Assembly: GCF_963921235.1 (NCBI RefSeq)
Contig: NC_086108.1
Span: 78,184,001 to 78,248,000, forward strand
Direction of reading: 5' to 3'
DNA from: Mobula hypostoma
Taxonomy: Eukaryota
Length of the DNA stretch: 64,000 nucleotides
The notes beneath the pieces were generated by a model. It worked only from the letters and a program-made list of their open reading frames with translations. It was not told the DNA's origin and did not search any database. Positions 63,769 through 64,000 of the stretch are shown piece by piece (within the stretch, counting starts at the first letter, position 1; each line of letters opens with the position of its first letter). The position numbers and the translations under genes are program-made.

Positions 63769-64000
63769 TTACATGTTTCATTGGCAGGGGACTATAAAGT
63801 GTTTAAGACACAAACTGCCGTAGGAAATCAATGAATTGAGCATAATCTGTGGGGTGGGAGAGGGAGAAATTTGATTTCCCCCAAAGATGCTGCTTAACCC
63901 CCTGAGTTCCTTCAACAGCTTGTTCTTTTTCCCCTGATTCCAGCATCTGTATTCTCATGTGCCTCTGCTATAGAGTGTAACAGAGCTTGGTTTCTAGGGC

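Noticed and set aside
1..64000. Prokaryotic systems (retron, DGR, CRISPR, defence operon) suggested by the many RT ORFs
   Set aside because: All RTs match eukaryotic CR1, Rex1, L1/Tx1 or Penelope-like motifs and are mostly disrupted. There is no operon-like gene density.

Overview
Repeat-dense eukaryotic DNA, intronic or intergenic. I recognised no host protein-coding exon, rRNA, tRNA gene or CRISPR array. The transposon mix is many CR1 LINEs, V-domain tRNA-SINEs resembling HE1, Neptune-type Penelope-like elements (PLEs), Rex1/Babar, L1, Tx1, Tc1, hAT MITEs and a Chapaev3-type DNA transposon. This suggests a vertebrate, probably a cartilaginous fish (inference only). The most notable structure is a young Penelope-like family. 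A 4.1-kb insertion (31242-35384) consists of two near-identical ~1.8-kb inverted arms with outward-facing 3' ends, flanked by one 15-bp target-site duplication (TSD). Two smaller insertions (11907-12113, 35718-36087) share this fold-back design with perfect 13-bp TSDs. The 3' region of the family carries a minimal, dimer-type hammerhead ribozyme (CUGACGA...GAAACGUC) followed by a conserved stem-loop domain, and decayed copies of this module recur across the window. Family names come from motif recognition, not database searches. Boundaries of old elements are approximate.
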